Shown: positions 27,740 through 40,744 of the stretch, piece after piece
How positions within the stretch are numbered: position 1 is the stretch's first letter
Layout: each line of letters starts with the position of its first letter
Assembly: GCF_006345805.1 (NCBI RefSeq)
Contig: NC_043014.1
Location: 186,001 to 250,000, forward strand
Source of the DNA: Octopus sinensis
Lineage: Eukaryota
Reading direction: 5' to 3'
DNA length: 64,000 nucleotides
Made by a program: the position numbers and the translations under genes
Notes under the pieces: generated by a model
The model's database searches: none
What the model was told of the DNA's origin: nothing
What the model saw: only the letters and a program-made list of their open reading frames with translations

Positions 27740-28110
27740 TAATACTACCATGGATGACTTCCAGCAGAACCATTCCAAGATGCAGGCAGAGTGGCAAAAC
27801 AGTTCTGCATGCACTCATGCAGTATCCAAATGTTACTGACTTATGGAGTTATGTTGAACATCATCTGACTATCAGCCAAATCCATAGTGAGGATCATTCC
27901 ACCAGCCACCTTTAACAAGGCAGAGCAGGCATTGTGCCTCTGTCTAGTGGCTACAGTGAAAGAGATTGTGTGGTGAACAAGGCTGAAAGGATTGAGGAAG
28001 AAAAACACCTTCCTCTTCAGTCAAGCTCTCATCAACTTTTTTTATGTTCTACTTGGAAAGGAATGTGAGGATGGAGAGGAAAGTGCTAGCCCTGGTGAAT
28101 ATGTGAAAAG
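27740..28110 (+). mobile_element. Second Tx1/L1-like 3' fragment
   Basis: IPRCRQSGKTVLHALMQYPNVTDLWSYVE is a decayed zinc knuckle; the DNA resembles 27150-27300. Confidence 0.6.
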
Positions 28111-29399
28111 ATGGTTAGGGTCAAGCAACTGACAAGCAAATCTGGGGTCTTAAGCTGAATACTTGCTGTAGCCCTTCTTTTACACCAAGACAATACATGT
28201 ACATAAAAACTTCCAATCAGTTTAGATCAGAAGCCATGAGAACTGGTGCCCGCTGCATCAGCATCAGCATCATCATCATTATCATCATCATTACAATTAT
28301 TATTAATGTATGAAGCACATTCGAGTGTGATCGTTGCCAGGGCCACAGATTGGCTCCTGTGCCAGTGACACGTGAAAAGCACCATTCGAGTGTGATTGTT
28401 TCCAGTGTCACTTTACTGGCACATGTGCTGGTGGCACGTGGAAAACAACATTTGAGCGTGGTCGTTGTTAGTGCCATCAGACTGGCTCCCATGCAAGTAG
28501 CACATAAAAACATCTTTTGAGCATGGTCGTTGCCAGAACCGCCTAACTGACCGTCATGCCAGTGGCACATAAAAGCACCCACTACACTCTGGGAGTGGTT
28601 GGCATTAGGAAGGGTATCCAGCTGTTGAAACTCTGCCAGATCAGATTGAGCCTGGTGCAGCCTCTGGCTCACCAGTCCTCAGTCAAGCTGTCCAACCCAT
28701 GCCAGCATGGAAAGCGGACATAAAATGATGATGATGAGGAGGAGGAGGAAGATTGAGTTAACTCTTCTCAAAGGTAAATAGTCTATAAGAAGAGCAGGAT
28801 ACAATTTGTAATAGAAATCGACTCTGTTTATTGAATTGAACAATATTTCAAAAGTATGTCTGTCTTCCTCAAATTCTTTCATCTTTTTCGTTTTTTGTCC
28901 TGAAAGTAAAAAAGAAAACAAAAGGAAAAAAGGAAAAGAAACTGGAAAAGGATTTAAGTTGTACTGAGCCAATGAATGAGGGAATAATTTGGCTAAAAAT
29001 GATTGAAATATGTGGAGAAGTCATCTTTACTTTTATGACAAATGTTATGAGACCAACTTGTTAACGCTATCTTGAACATGATAACAGAAAATTTTCCTGA
29101 AATTTCTATACTACCTACCATTTTTTCTTACACTGAATTCCTCGCATACTGTCCACACCTCATATTGTTTACCCATCACATCAAAAACAATCACTTTACT
29201 TTATTGATCAATTTTTTTCAGAGATGTCTATGTTTATGAAAGTTTAAATTTACCATATTACAAGAGCTAACCACTCAGATAACAATACTCTACTCACCAT
29301 AAACAAACATTAACTCCTACAATTCAACATGTTCAAATAACTAATCCCCAGGTTGGCCCATATGATTGTGACATTTTTGCCCTTCCATACACATTTGAA

Positions 29400-31545
29400 C
29401 TAATCTCTGAAAACTCTTGAGAAGTTTTTATTTTAGCAATTGAGAGTCCAAACCCATTTTAGTTTTTGCCTTAAGAGCAATAAATTTGTTTATTCCCAAA
29501 AGTTAAAGTTTTTCAAATGCCAACAAAAACCAAAGAAGTCGCTCACTTTCTATCACCCATCCACAAATGGGTTCCTCCTAGAAAGACAACTAAAAGTTAT
29601 GACTTCTACGTAACTTTTGTCTCCCAATAAGTCTCATGTTTTAAGTGAAGAGTTTCGGCAAAAATCAAAAGATAGTCAGAAATTTAATGACAGTAACAAT
29701 GTGGGAAATAATTACCCAAGAAGATCTATCTTGTTAGAAAATTAGTTGGTTATAAATCTAAGTTAAAACTCTTAGTAGATGATATTTCCATCTTCGACCT
29801 TGGACTGAGATTCTGCCCAAGCACTAAGAATTTTCACAAAAATAAAGTAACCAAAAGATTATTTCAGTTTGGTCACTGTTATAAGCCTAAGGAACATATT
29901 TTTGAGAAAAACGGTTAAGAAGGAGTTGGAAAATCCAATGTTTATTGAAAATGATGATAATTAAACCTGGTGTAATTGGATTGAAAATATCCAAATTGGA
30001 TGAGTTTGGTGAGGACATTTACAAGCACTGCTAGAATTTCTTGAATGTTGTCAAGCAAGACATTAGGGAAAGTTTCAAAACAAGTAAAAAAAAAAAAGAC
30101 TTGGAATAACCTTATCCCAGCATAAAGCACTGTGTTATTGTTAAAATGGCTGATAAGGATGGGGTACTACTCTTATTATGGACAAGGATGAGTATACTTC
30201 AGCTTTTGAAGAAGATTTAAATGGCACAACTTCTTATGAAGAATTACATATTGATTCAAACTTGAATTACAGAGAGGAACTTGACAAAATAATTTTGGAA
30301 ATGGAGGAAAAAAATTTCATAAATGTAACTGATTCTAGGATTTTATGGTCAGAACAAAGAATACCTCTTTTTTGCCTTCCAAAAATACACAAAGAGTTTG
30401 AAAATTTTCCACCATTGCCCCCAATTTGTAGCATGTATAAATGTTGCACAACTAAAATTTCAGAGTGGTTGGATGGCTTCCTACTCCTTGTAGCAAAAAG
30501 ATCAAATTCCTGTATTCAGGATACTTTCGATTTTGTGTCCAAAATTACCACTTTTTCTAAGCATCAAATTAGAGTCAAACAATTTTTTTTTTTTTTTTTG
30601 GTTACCATGGCTGTTTCTTCACTATACCCTGACATTGACTGTGATGACAGGATGGGAGCATGCACAAATGTCTTTGAAAAAAGGTCAAACAAAAGTATTC
30701 CATTTCATTTTCTCTGTGAAATAGTTGAGTTGAGATTTTGCATTTCTGAGACTGCTTCACATAAAACTACGGCTTTAACTCTAATATAAAATTCTGATCA
30801 AGTTTTTCAAAAATTAGTGTCAAATTTTGGACACAAAAATTAAGTTTTCAGAAGGTTGAAATGTTATTTTGTAAACCCACATCATCTTATATTTATCTTC
30901 ACCACTGCTCCTCTCATCCACATCATATAATTAAGTCAAATTTGAAGCCTCAACTTTTGAGGATAAAATAGATTTGTATGACATAAGGGATTACTGGAAA
31001 CATGCAAACAGCCTTGTGTTCCATTATGTCAAACATGGTTACAGTTAATCATGATTAAAGGAAATACCAAATGTCATAGCTGAAATTAGCAAGGAAAGTC
31101 AAATGTAGATGCCTAATTTTTGCAAAGTGAAATTTACGACCGAATTCCTTTATTGATTAAGTTGCACCAAAATTTCACTGGCATTTCAAAAGTGTTGCTT
31201 GAAAGTTACTAGTATATTTCAGAAAAATATCCTTGTCAAACAAATATTTCTTCATCCAGACTTCAGATGCAACAAAAACATAAGAGAACAATTAACCAGT
31301 ATCTGTAATCCCAATAAAAACTCGATTAGAGTTTCCGCATGTCATGGCCTGAAAAACAGCCACAAGAGAGAGTTGACTCCTGTCCATTGTGCAGCAATAA
31401 GAATCAAGTCCACTCCATCACAAATCATAAGAGAAATGTTATAATTTATACAGAAGGTGGAACCTGTAAGCATTCCCATTTGGTGTACACAACAGGATGC
31501 ACCCAGCACAACTTGGCTTATGTTGGGTTATTCTCTGCCTCATGT
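29400..31545 (+). mobile_element. Penelope-like element (RT and GIY-YIG remnant)
   Basis: LGLRFCPS near 29800; LPKIHK...LPPIC, KISEWLD and LVTMAVSSLYPDI (RT); TCKHSHLVY..GCTQHNLAYVG (GIY-YIG-like). The 5' boundary is approximate. Confidence 0.8.
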
Positions 31546-31669
31546 CTGATATTCACTGTTGTTATGATCATCATCATCATCATCATTATTGTTGTTGTTA
31601 TTATGTTTTTCTTATTTTTGTTATTTTGTTGTTGTTGTTGTTGTTATTACTATTATTATTATTATTCAG

Positions 31670-31774
31670 GTGAAACTCTATTTCAAATACACTCAAGGCC
31701 ATATAATTCTTACGACTAGTTTTGATGGTCAGCCTTTAGCCAAAGTCAAGGTGAAACCAATTAACCCATATCAG
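31670..31774 (+). CDS. C2CD2L: C2CD2L-family exon (SMP): VKLYFKYTQGHIILTTSFDGQPLAKVKVKPINPYQ
   Basis: Acceptor (att)n-cag, donor CAG/gtgtgt, 105 nt, phase 0-0. Positionally equivalent to the TMEM24 'ISWAFTDRPDLSLTVLP' strand (recalled). Confidence 0.82.
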
Positions 31775-32323
31775 GTGTGTAAATTTTCTACCTCCTTGTT
31801 TTTAGTTAAGATTGACAAAAAAAAAAAGAGAAAATGTTCATTAAAACGAATAGAGAATAATTATTGTCTTTTATGAATTATTGGTTTGGTGTTGATTTTT
31901 TTTACTGTTTTTCCCAAATCTCTGAGATTTGTTGTTGTTAGTTCTGTGTTTGATTTCTTGTTATGTTGGTCAACCATCTTTTTGTGGCACAATTCCTTCT
32001 TTAGAAACAGTTTTATAAAAAACTTTGAATCAAACATCGTACAATTAGAGAATACAGCTGCTTTAGTTAATGTTCTTCTGGTTGTTGTCCTTGTTTAGTG
32101 TTGCTATAAATGGGACTGGAGCAAAAGCAAAATGCTTAAGAATTAAACTACTCAAACACACTGCTATGCCTATGCCTATATAACCACCTGTCTTTAAACA
32201 CACACACACACACACACACACAGATATATATATATATGTGTGTGTGTGTGTTAGAAGGTTTGGAGATGATGTACAGGTATTATATATTAGAAGAAAAGAG
32301 GTACTCAGAAATCCGGATGGTTT

Positions 32324-32760
32324 TATATTTACAGATATTTATTAATATGTCACGTTTTTATAAATCATATATTAGCGCTTGTGTCCACTCTAGTGGAGTC
32401 ATCAGATTGAACTTTTTTAAGTAATTGTGTCACCTTTTTATAGTATTATTGAGCGTGTAGGGGTGGAGAGAGATATAAAATAGTACAAGAGGGTGAGGAA
32501 TGGGGAGAAAGCGAGAGAGAGCACACGTGTGTGTGTGTGTGTGTGTATGCATACACGTGCGCTCTCTCTCACTTTATCCCCATTCCTCACCCTCTTGTAC
32601 TATTTTATATCTCTCTCCACCCCTACACACTCAATAATACTATAAAAAGCGACATAATTCCTTAAAAAAGTTCAATCTGATGACTCCACTAGAGTGGACA
32701 CAAGCGCTGATATATGATTTATAAAAACATGTGACATATTAATAAATATCTGTAAATATA
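32324..32760. repeat. 437-bp near-perfect palindrome
   Basis: Arms 32324-~32530 and ~32550-32760 are reverse complements with a few substitutions; the centre is gtgtatgcatacac with a (GT)n expansion. Confidence 0.95.
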
Positions 32761-33340
32761 CTGGGGGTTTGTACTGTTTGTCAAGTCACAGCAAGGACCT
32801 CAGACAGACAGTACCCCTAGATTGTAGGGTATTTCTAAAGTCTTCAGATGTTTTTCCAGATTGGGTGGTATTGAACCCAATGCTCTGATGACAATAGGGA
32901 CAACCTTTATGTTTGACTCCTGTAACTGCCACATTTTAGCCATCTCAATTCTCAGGTCTCCATATTTATCAACCTTTTCTCTTTCTTTTATGATGATCTG
33001 TTGATCTCCTGGCACTGCCACATCAATTATTAGGCCCTCTTGTTTGTCCCTCTTAAAGGTTACTGTATCTGGCCTTCAGTGCCCTAATACCTTGCCTGTC
33101 TGGAAGTTAAAGTCCCAGAGGGTTTTTGCCTTCCCCTCTTTGTTCATTACCTTTTCCAGTGTATGTTGGTACCAAGCACCTGTAAGTTCACATCCATACT
33201 TATGGCATAGGAGCCAGTGGAGGTTTTGGGCTACCTTGTCATGTCTACGCTTGTACCATTTCTGCGCAAGACTTTCACAAGCACTAACAATGTGTGTTAT
33301 GCTTTCGACCCTTTTCCCACACATTCTTCAGAAGTCCATT
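32761..33340 (-). mobile_element. R4/Dong 3' fragment, same family as 1-600
   Basis: Closely aligns to 1-590; CGKRVESITHIVSAC...RHDKV and RLE motifs. Confidence 0.9.
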
Positions 33341-33565
33341 GCACTAGAATACCAAATGGGCCAACAGCTGGGACAATGGCACATACAGGAGTGGTAACAT
33401 GAAACCCCCAACTTGAGGAAATCAGCCAAAGGATAATCATAAGTAACAGTGCAAAATCCTGATGTTCCAGAATGGCTGCAGCCGCATAACTGAAACAAAT
33501 AAAAGAATAAACATATATGTGTGTCTGTGTGTGTATATATATGTATATATGTGTGTGTGTATATA

Positions 33566-34388
33566 CAGGGTGCAGTGAATAACTGTCATCTAAATTACAC
33601 AAAAATGAAAATAACTCTGACATTTCATTTTAACAGATATATTTACCAAAATTACATAAAAATATCTTGAAATACTAAAGAGTAAATTTATTCAATAAAA
33701 TCAGCCATGGCCTCCAGATGACTTTGGAAGATCCTGCAAGTCTTTTGGATGGTCTCCTTATTTAAATTGGCGAATACTGTCATAATCCTTGCCTTCAGTT
33801 CATCTTTGGTGTGACAAGGAGTTTTGTTGGTCTCTCACTCAACTGAGCCCCACACATAATAATCAAGGGTGTTGCAGTCTAGGGAGTTAGGTGGCCAGAT
33901 GTTAGGGGTGATGTGGTCACCGAAATTGTCTGACTGCCATGACTGCGTTCTCCTACTTGTGTGACATGGTGCAGAGTCCTGTTGCCAGACGTAGGGTCTT
34001 CCAGCAGCCACCCTCTTGATCCAGGCAGCACTACCTCCTCCAGGCACTTGATGTAGGCTTCTGTGTCGAGTCTGAGGCCATGTGAGAAGATGAATGGAGG
34101 CATAACTTTGCCATCACTAGTGATCACTCCAAACACCATGATGTTGACTAGATGTTTGATTTTTATCACTCTTGGTAGATGTCCTCAGATTGACACCCAA
34201 ACACTCTAAAATGTTCATATTGGAGCTTCCAGCACAAATGCCAAGCAGTACAGCATGTCGTTTCCAAATTTCTGGCTGAGTAAATTGCATCATGGTGTTG
34301 TTTTTCTCACAGACAGTGCCCAGCTGACCCTACAAAAAATGCACATGCACAAAACTAAAAATGATGACAATTTACCCATTGCACCCTC
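33566..34388 (-). mobile_element. Internally deleted Tc1/mariner (DD37D maT-like) element with both TIRs
   Basis: TA|cagggtgcagtgaataactgtcatc ... gatgacaatttacccattgcaccctc|TA. Peptides MVFGVITSDG, YVWQQDSAPCHTS and WPPNSLDCNTLDYYVW. Confidence 0.9.
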
Positions 34389-34512
34389 TATATATGCATA
34401 TGTATGTATGTATACATGTTGTCATTATCATAAATATTCTAACTTTTTTGCTCATTTCTTCTAAAGTTTGCAGATCTTAAAAATATATTTTATTGTTTCT
34501 AAATGTTCCTAG

Positions 34513-34755
34513 GAGTCTGAAGAAGTTGTTGACCTTGGAGTAGTAGAAGAAGTTGTCCGCAACGCACTGTGTATGTCCTCAGTGACTATCAACATGTCTG
34601 ACTACCTGGGATTGTCATCCAGCTTTGACTCAAGCCACGACCTCGACTACAGGCCTCTGGTCACCTTTCCTGAGTTTGATGAAGAGATGCCTGTTGTAAG
34701 TCATAATATAACCGATCAAGTTGCTCTCAGTCATAAAATAGCTGAGATATACAGG
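34513..34755 (+). CDS. C2CD2L: C2CD2L-family exon (end of SMP plus linker): ESEEVVDLGVVEEVVRNALCMSSVTINMSDY...EEMPV(VSHNITDQVALSHKIAEIYR)
   Basis: Acceptor gttcctag. Donor AGG/gtgagt after 34755, or GTT/gtaagt after 34695; both phase 0. The helix VDLGVVEEVVRNAL matches the last SMP helix of TMEM24. Confidence 0.88.
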
Positions 34756-35533
34756 GTGAGTAAACAGTAAAAGATCTCTGCACGGCTGTTGCTTGTCCAA
34801 CTCAATCCCTTTCTTTAGAAAAGCAAACTTAAAATTCCCTCCACTCTCCCTTCCTTTTTGCCTCAGACACACACTACCGTTTTAGATTGCCAACCCTAAC
34901 CTAGATAATGTGGATGCTATCTAACGTTCCATATGTGTTTTATTTTTAAAATGAGTTCCCCCCCCTTTCTTTTTTCAAAAACAAACTGAATCTTTCTTTC
35001 CCCTCCCTTCCACTAATCTCCTTCCTTATCTCTTTCTCCCCCTTTCTCTCTGACTTCTTTGACCTCTTTACTTCCACCTCTCATTCTTTTCATCTCCATC
35101 TCATATTTCTTATTTATTTATTTATTTCTACTCTTCCCTCTCTTCACTTCTCATTATTACCTCCAATTCAATCAGGAAATCATTTCAAATATATTAAAAT
35201 TTATATATTAATACAATAGTATGTCCTACCTACCTACTTCCTTTTTGCATGGCAGTAAGGTAACTCAGCTAGGGAAAGATGAAGGGGCAGAGGAAATGAT
35301 AAAATGAGAAAGAGAGGAAGGGAGAGATAAGGAGAGAGAGAGAGATAGAGAGACAACAAGACAGAGAATACAAGAGAAAGTGGAGGAAAGTGATGTGGAA
35401 ATTTAAACAGAAAGGAGTGAGGAAGGAAGAATATCAAGACATAGCAAAGTTTGTGATATCAACTAGATCTTTAGTTATCTCATTCTTTTATTCTTTCTCT
35501 CATTCAAACAAACACACACACACACACACACAC

Positions 35534-35564
<31 letters not shown>

Positions 35565-35646
35565 TTCTCTCAAGTATTTTAAAATTCTATTTTAGTATAT
35601 AAGATAATTATTTCACTTCAAGAACAGAAAAACAAATACTGAGATC

Positions 35647-35686
<40 letters not shown>

Positions 35687-35689
35687 ATG

Positions 35690-36560
35690 TGCTAAGCAGA
35701 AATGATAGTGTGATACAGTATCCTATGCTTTTTGTAGTCTATCCATCCATTAAGAAACTTCTTATCTCAATATCACACTGTCGATCAAAAAGATGCAAGC
35801 AGGCATCTTTCTGCATCCTTCTTACTTTTCTAGCAACAGATTCTCCTTCTCCAGAATGTTTTATATCTTATCTGCTAAGAGGCCAGTTAATAATTCCCAG
35901 AGTATTGGTAAGCATCTGATTGCTCTATAATTGCTAACTTCTGCTCTCTATCAGTACTGTCCATTTTATCATTCATATTGGTATTTTATTTTCTATACAG
36001 TCACTAAGAAACAGTTGTTTAGAGCTGTGTGTACTTGAGAGACATTGGAACCAGAATCCCTGAACACCGTTTGGTCCAGGGGTTGTTTTATTTTGCATTT
36101 CCCTTTTTCATTTCCATAAATAGTCTAATTTTCTGTTTCATTGAACTTCTTTGTTCCAAATATCTAACCAAAAGTTCCTTACTGCTTCAGTGTTTGGTAA
36201 ACATTCCCCTCATGTTCATCCTCATTGTTCAGCTGTTGGTAAAATCTTCTTTCATTGTTTCTGAAGACCCTCTTCAGCCAATATTGGTTTCTTCCGTTGG
36301 TATCTGGTCTCTTTTTGTTTTGTTTTTGTGCCTTAACTTTGCCTTAAATTTTTGTCTTTCCTCTACTTTAGCTACCTGTAACCTTCTTTTAAGCTCATCT
36401 TTATGTTTTTCCTTCCCTGACTTCTTTTTAATTATTATTATTTAACCTTCCAAGATCTGTTGAACTGTTCAACTTGATTCCCAAGTCTTCTTTTCCACCA
36501 TGAGAACTTTTGCCTTATTTTTTCTGCTCGGTCTATGAGATTATTTACATGTAACATCCT
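35690..36560 (-). mobile_element. R4/Dong fragment (pre-RT and RT N-part)
   Basis: Minus strand: FRNNERRFYQQLN...FWLDIW, then SNYRAIRCLP and WIDYKKA. Confidence 0.75.
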
Positions 36561-36599
36561 CAACTTACATTTTTACTTATTATTATTATTATCGTGTTT

Positions 36600-37340
36600 T
36601 TTCCTTCTTTCTTCAAATTTTCTTCCGTTTGTCGCTGAGTGTTTTCCATACACCTAGGGCAGAGAAGGGCATTGTATGCATTCCCAGATTACACGCGCAA
36701 ATTCAAAGATAAAATATGTATTTAAAAATTAATAAATAAATAAATTCATGGATGGATGTTATTTTCACAGCGATAGTGCTCTTCTCAGTACATGAGCCAT
36801 TCCAGTTAATACGATTTTTTGCACTTCCTGTAGGGCTGGTAAGCCTGGAATCATTTTCAAATAGATTTCAGTACCTTTTTTATCATTCCTAGAGATCCTA
36901 CAATCACTGGTACTGTAGTCGTCTTGAGATGCCACATTTTTCCAATTTCCATTAGCAGGTCTTTATATTTACTAATCTTGTCAAATTCTTTCGCCACTAT
37001 ATTGTGATCACAGGGAATACTCATGTTGATTAATAAACACATACTTTTTGTCTGATCTTTTATAATAATATCCAGTTTATTAGCTTTTATAGTCCTGTCG
37101 GTCTGCACGGTGAAGTCCCATAGAATCGACACATTTTCTCCCTCAGTCACAGCTTCAGGATGATGTTTATACCATTTGTCAGCGGTTTTGATTTTATAAT
37201 GCCGACATATTGTCCAATGTAAATACTGGCTGACTCTGTCATGTCATGCTTTATATTCTGGAGATGCTAAGACTCTACACCCTGAGATTAGGTGGTCTAT
37301 TGTTTCAATCTCATCGTTACAGAACTGGCATTTTGGGTCA
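36600..37340 (-). mobile_element. R4/Dong 3' end (RLE domain and 3' UTR), bounded by (ATT)n
   Basis: ILWDFTVQTDRTIKANKLDIII...KISKYKDL...VPVIVGSLG. Confidence 0.85.
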
Positions 37341-37378
<38 letters not shown>

Positions 37379-37379
37379 G

Positions 37380-37880
37380 AGTAAGAGAGCAATGCATGCA
37401 ATCAAAGTGACACTGGGGTAAAATATACAAAGCCCAGTTTACCCATCATGACTACCTGTCTGATAAGGGTACACCAGGTACATGCATCACAACCATATGT
37501 GTGCAACATGGTGATCTATTATCAAGATAAAAACACATGACCTTGAAGGTGGAGCCCAGTTAGAATTTTCTTCAAGCTGAATAGCCTATCTCACTTAAAA
37601 CGTCCTTGACTAAGGTTTTTTTTAAGGATATTGAACAAAACACCCATGTTTCCAAAGGTGAATTATCCAAACTCCAAAGAATCCCTCTCAACACATGGTT
37701 ATGATGCTCCCCCATTACTTCTGCTTGTGGTCAGAGATGCACATATCATCAGACACTGAGGGACATGGTCAACTGGTTATAGTCAAACAACTGACAAGCA
37801 AATCTGTGGTATTGAGCAGAATATTTGCTGTAGCCCATCTTTTGTACCTTCTGTAACCCATCTTTTATACCTGCTGTAGC
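37380..37880 (+). repeat. Unclassified interspersed repeat; partial second copy at 28115-28260
   Basis: Shared caactgacaagcaaatctg...atacttgctgtagccc segment. Confidence 0.6.
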
Positions 37881-37894
37881 CCAACTTTTATACC

Positions 37895-37949
<55 letters not shown>

Positions 37950-37953
<4 letters not shown>

Positions 37954-39350
37954 TTTACTTCTCAGAACTTTCAATCTTACTTGCTCTGGTTAATTCAGTG
38001 AGTGCAGACAACAATCTGTTGTCAAAGGTCTCACAGAGTCTCTCTCAGGGTCTTTTTCCATGAGTTATAAGACTTGGTACCTAGATGTTAAGTATCATGG
38101 AAGATGCTTAACACCCAATCACCAATCTCAAGATCCTTCCTCTTCCCACCCAACAGAGTAGGTTTTTTTTAGCATGCTCTACTCTCATGTCAATTTCAAT
38201 TTCTCCCGCATATTTCTCAAACTTCATTTTTAGTGCACTGACTGCCCCATAACAGTTACACTGACCGCATTCTTACGATTTTGTCTTTTAGCAATTTGTG
38301 TTTTTCCACCTTTTCCACGTGTGTCCCAAGGTATGGTAGTATCTATAATCTTAGTTTCCTTTTTCCTTTAATCCACTACAACAATGTCTGGTCTTTAGGC
38401 ATCTTTTAGGGTCTCAAGGATCTTATATTCATTATTCTCAGTGATGCCTTCTGGTTTTTGTTCATACCATTTCTGTGTTCTTCCAAGACTATACTTCTCA
38501 CTCAATCTCAAGTGAACAATCTTAGCCACTATATCGTGCCTCCTTTTCTATTCCTTTGGTGCCAGTTTGCTACACTCACTCACATGTGATATTTTGAATT
38601 TGATGTAATTAACTCTCAGAATTTGTTCTTGGGTGCCACATATCAATGTCTCAGTGCCACCTCCAGGTGTTGGTCTTGTCTTTCTCTTTGATTTCTCTCA
38701 GGTACTACCCATGCATTGTTTTCATTTTCCAGTTGTTTAATCTTTGCTCTTCATCTTGGTTTTTAAATGTTTTGGGGTGTGTCATATTTTCGGTAGGTAT
38801 CATGTTGTTATTTCTAACAGTGACAAGCAAGGATTCACTCTGCTGTTTGATGTACCATCCCAGATTTTTCTTCTTGTAGGCAACACAGAACTTGCATCTT
38901 ATGAGGCCTCTTCCTCCCTTGTTCCTAGACACATACAGCCAGTCAATATTGCTTTTGGGGTTCAGTTCTTTGTTAATTGTCATCACTTCTTGGTTTTTCT
39001 CTCCGTTTCCTCAATCTTGTTCTTTGTTCAACCAACAACACCTGCACCCCATTGCATTGAGGAAACAGCTCATCTATTCTTTGCCCTGGTCTTGTTCTTT
39101 CCATTGAGTCTACTTTCCATAATTGATTTGATTCTTCTGAGGTATTCTCACCTAAAACTTTCTTTCATCTCACTCTCCTCTCTTTTGTCAGACTCCAAAA
39201 TACCCAGATACTTATATCCATCAATCTCAACATCTTTGATTCTCTCGCCATTGGACAACACAACTTTACCTTTTGTTTTTTATAAGCATACCAGACCAGT
39301 TATTTCACTTTCACTCTTTCCAAACATGTCTAAGTCATCTATATATAACA
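37950..39350 (-). mobile_element. R4/Dong fragment (RT C-part to 3' end)
   Basis: LNPKSNIDWLYVSRNKGGRGL...KTMHG; bounded by (ATT)n at 37900-37950. Confidence 0.8.
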
Positions 39351-39435
39351 GGTGATTTAATTTTTCTCCATTTTTCATTACTCACCACTCTCACTTTCAC
39401 TCTCACCCCTTATACACATATACATACACAAAAAC

Positions 39436-39437
<2 letters not shown>

Positions 39438-39524
<87 letters not shown>
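39438..39524. repeat. Long (CT)n microsatellite, one of many (CA/GT, GA/CT, ATC, ATT) tracts
   Basis: Read directly from the sequence. Confidence 0.95.
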
Positions 39525-39532
<8 letters not shown>

Positions 39533-40689
39533 CTCTTTTACTGCAAGACACCTAATTCTGTTCTATTTATATTGTAACCTCACTTGGCACAAAGCCACCT
39601 CCCTGAATACTGCTCAGTTGTGGGGTTTTGTAAATTAGTTGGTGACCTCACTGCTGATAATGCCATGTAAAAAGCACCCAGTGCACTCTATAAAGTGGTT
39701 GACATTAGGAAGGGCGTCCAGCAATAGAAGCCATACCAAAGCAAACAGCAGAGCTTGGCGCAGTCTTCTGGTTTGCCAGTTCCTGTCAAGTTGTCTAACC
39801 TATGCCAGCATAGAAAATGAACATTAAATGATGAGGGTATATATTATTTATAAGTTATTTGTATATTTAGAATGATAGGTGCTGAGAAAGTGGGCATTGT
39901 AGAGGATGAGAGGGAAGGAGAAATTGAGCAAACAGTAGAGGTAGGGATCAGGGGAGAGTAGACGGATGGATAGCTATGTATGTACACACACACACACATA
40001 CACACATATATATATACATATATATACATATGTGTGTATGCATGCATGCATCTACCTGCTCATTCATCCTCATTATCATTATATCCATTTTTCCATGCTT
40101 GTGGGTTTGCTAGGTTGACTCATACCCAGCATCATCTCACTGCTCATCTTTCATCTCTGAAGCTCGCTATCCTTACATGAACTTTCTACAATTCCTCTTG
40201 TGTTTTTCTCAGTCTTTCTTTCAACCCACATTCCTTGATATATCATTCCACAATTATTATCTTCCCCATACATCACAAAGCCCCACCTCCACATCTCAGT
40301 TTTTCCCTTCTTACTATCTACTACATTCACACACACACACACCCTCACACACACTCACTCTCACATACACATACACCCTCACACACACTCACACATACAC
40401 ACACCGACACAGACACATACACATTGTCCTTGACTTACACATCAGCACTTGTCTCAACGTCCTCATATGTTCACTTCAGTTCCCTTAATAAGAGGTTTCC
40501 ACAGCTCTATTCTATTGTTTCATATCTTAATAATAATAATAACAAACTACAAGGCCTGAAATTTTGTGGGAAGGGCTAGTCAGTTTTATCGACCCCAGTA
40601 CTCCACTGGTACTTATTCCATTGATTCCAAAAGGATGAAAGGTAAAGTCAACTGCAGAGGCATTTGAACACAGAATGTAAAGACAGGCA

Positions 40690-40728
<39 letters not shown>

Positions 40729-40744
40729 GTGCATGAATTTACCA

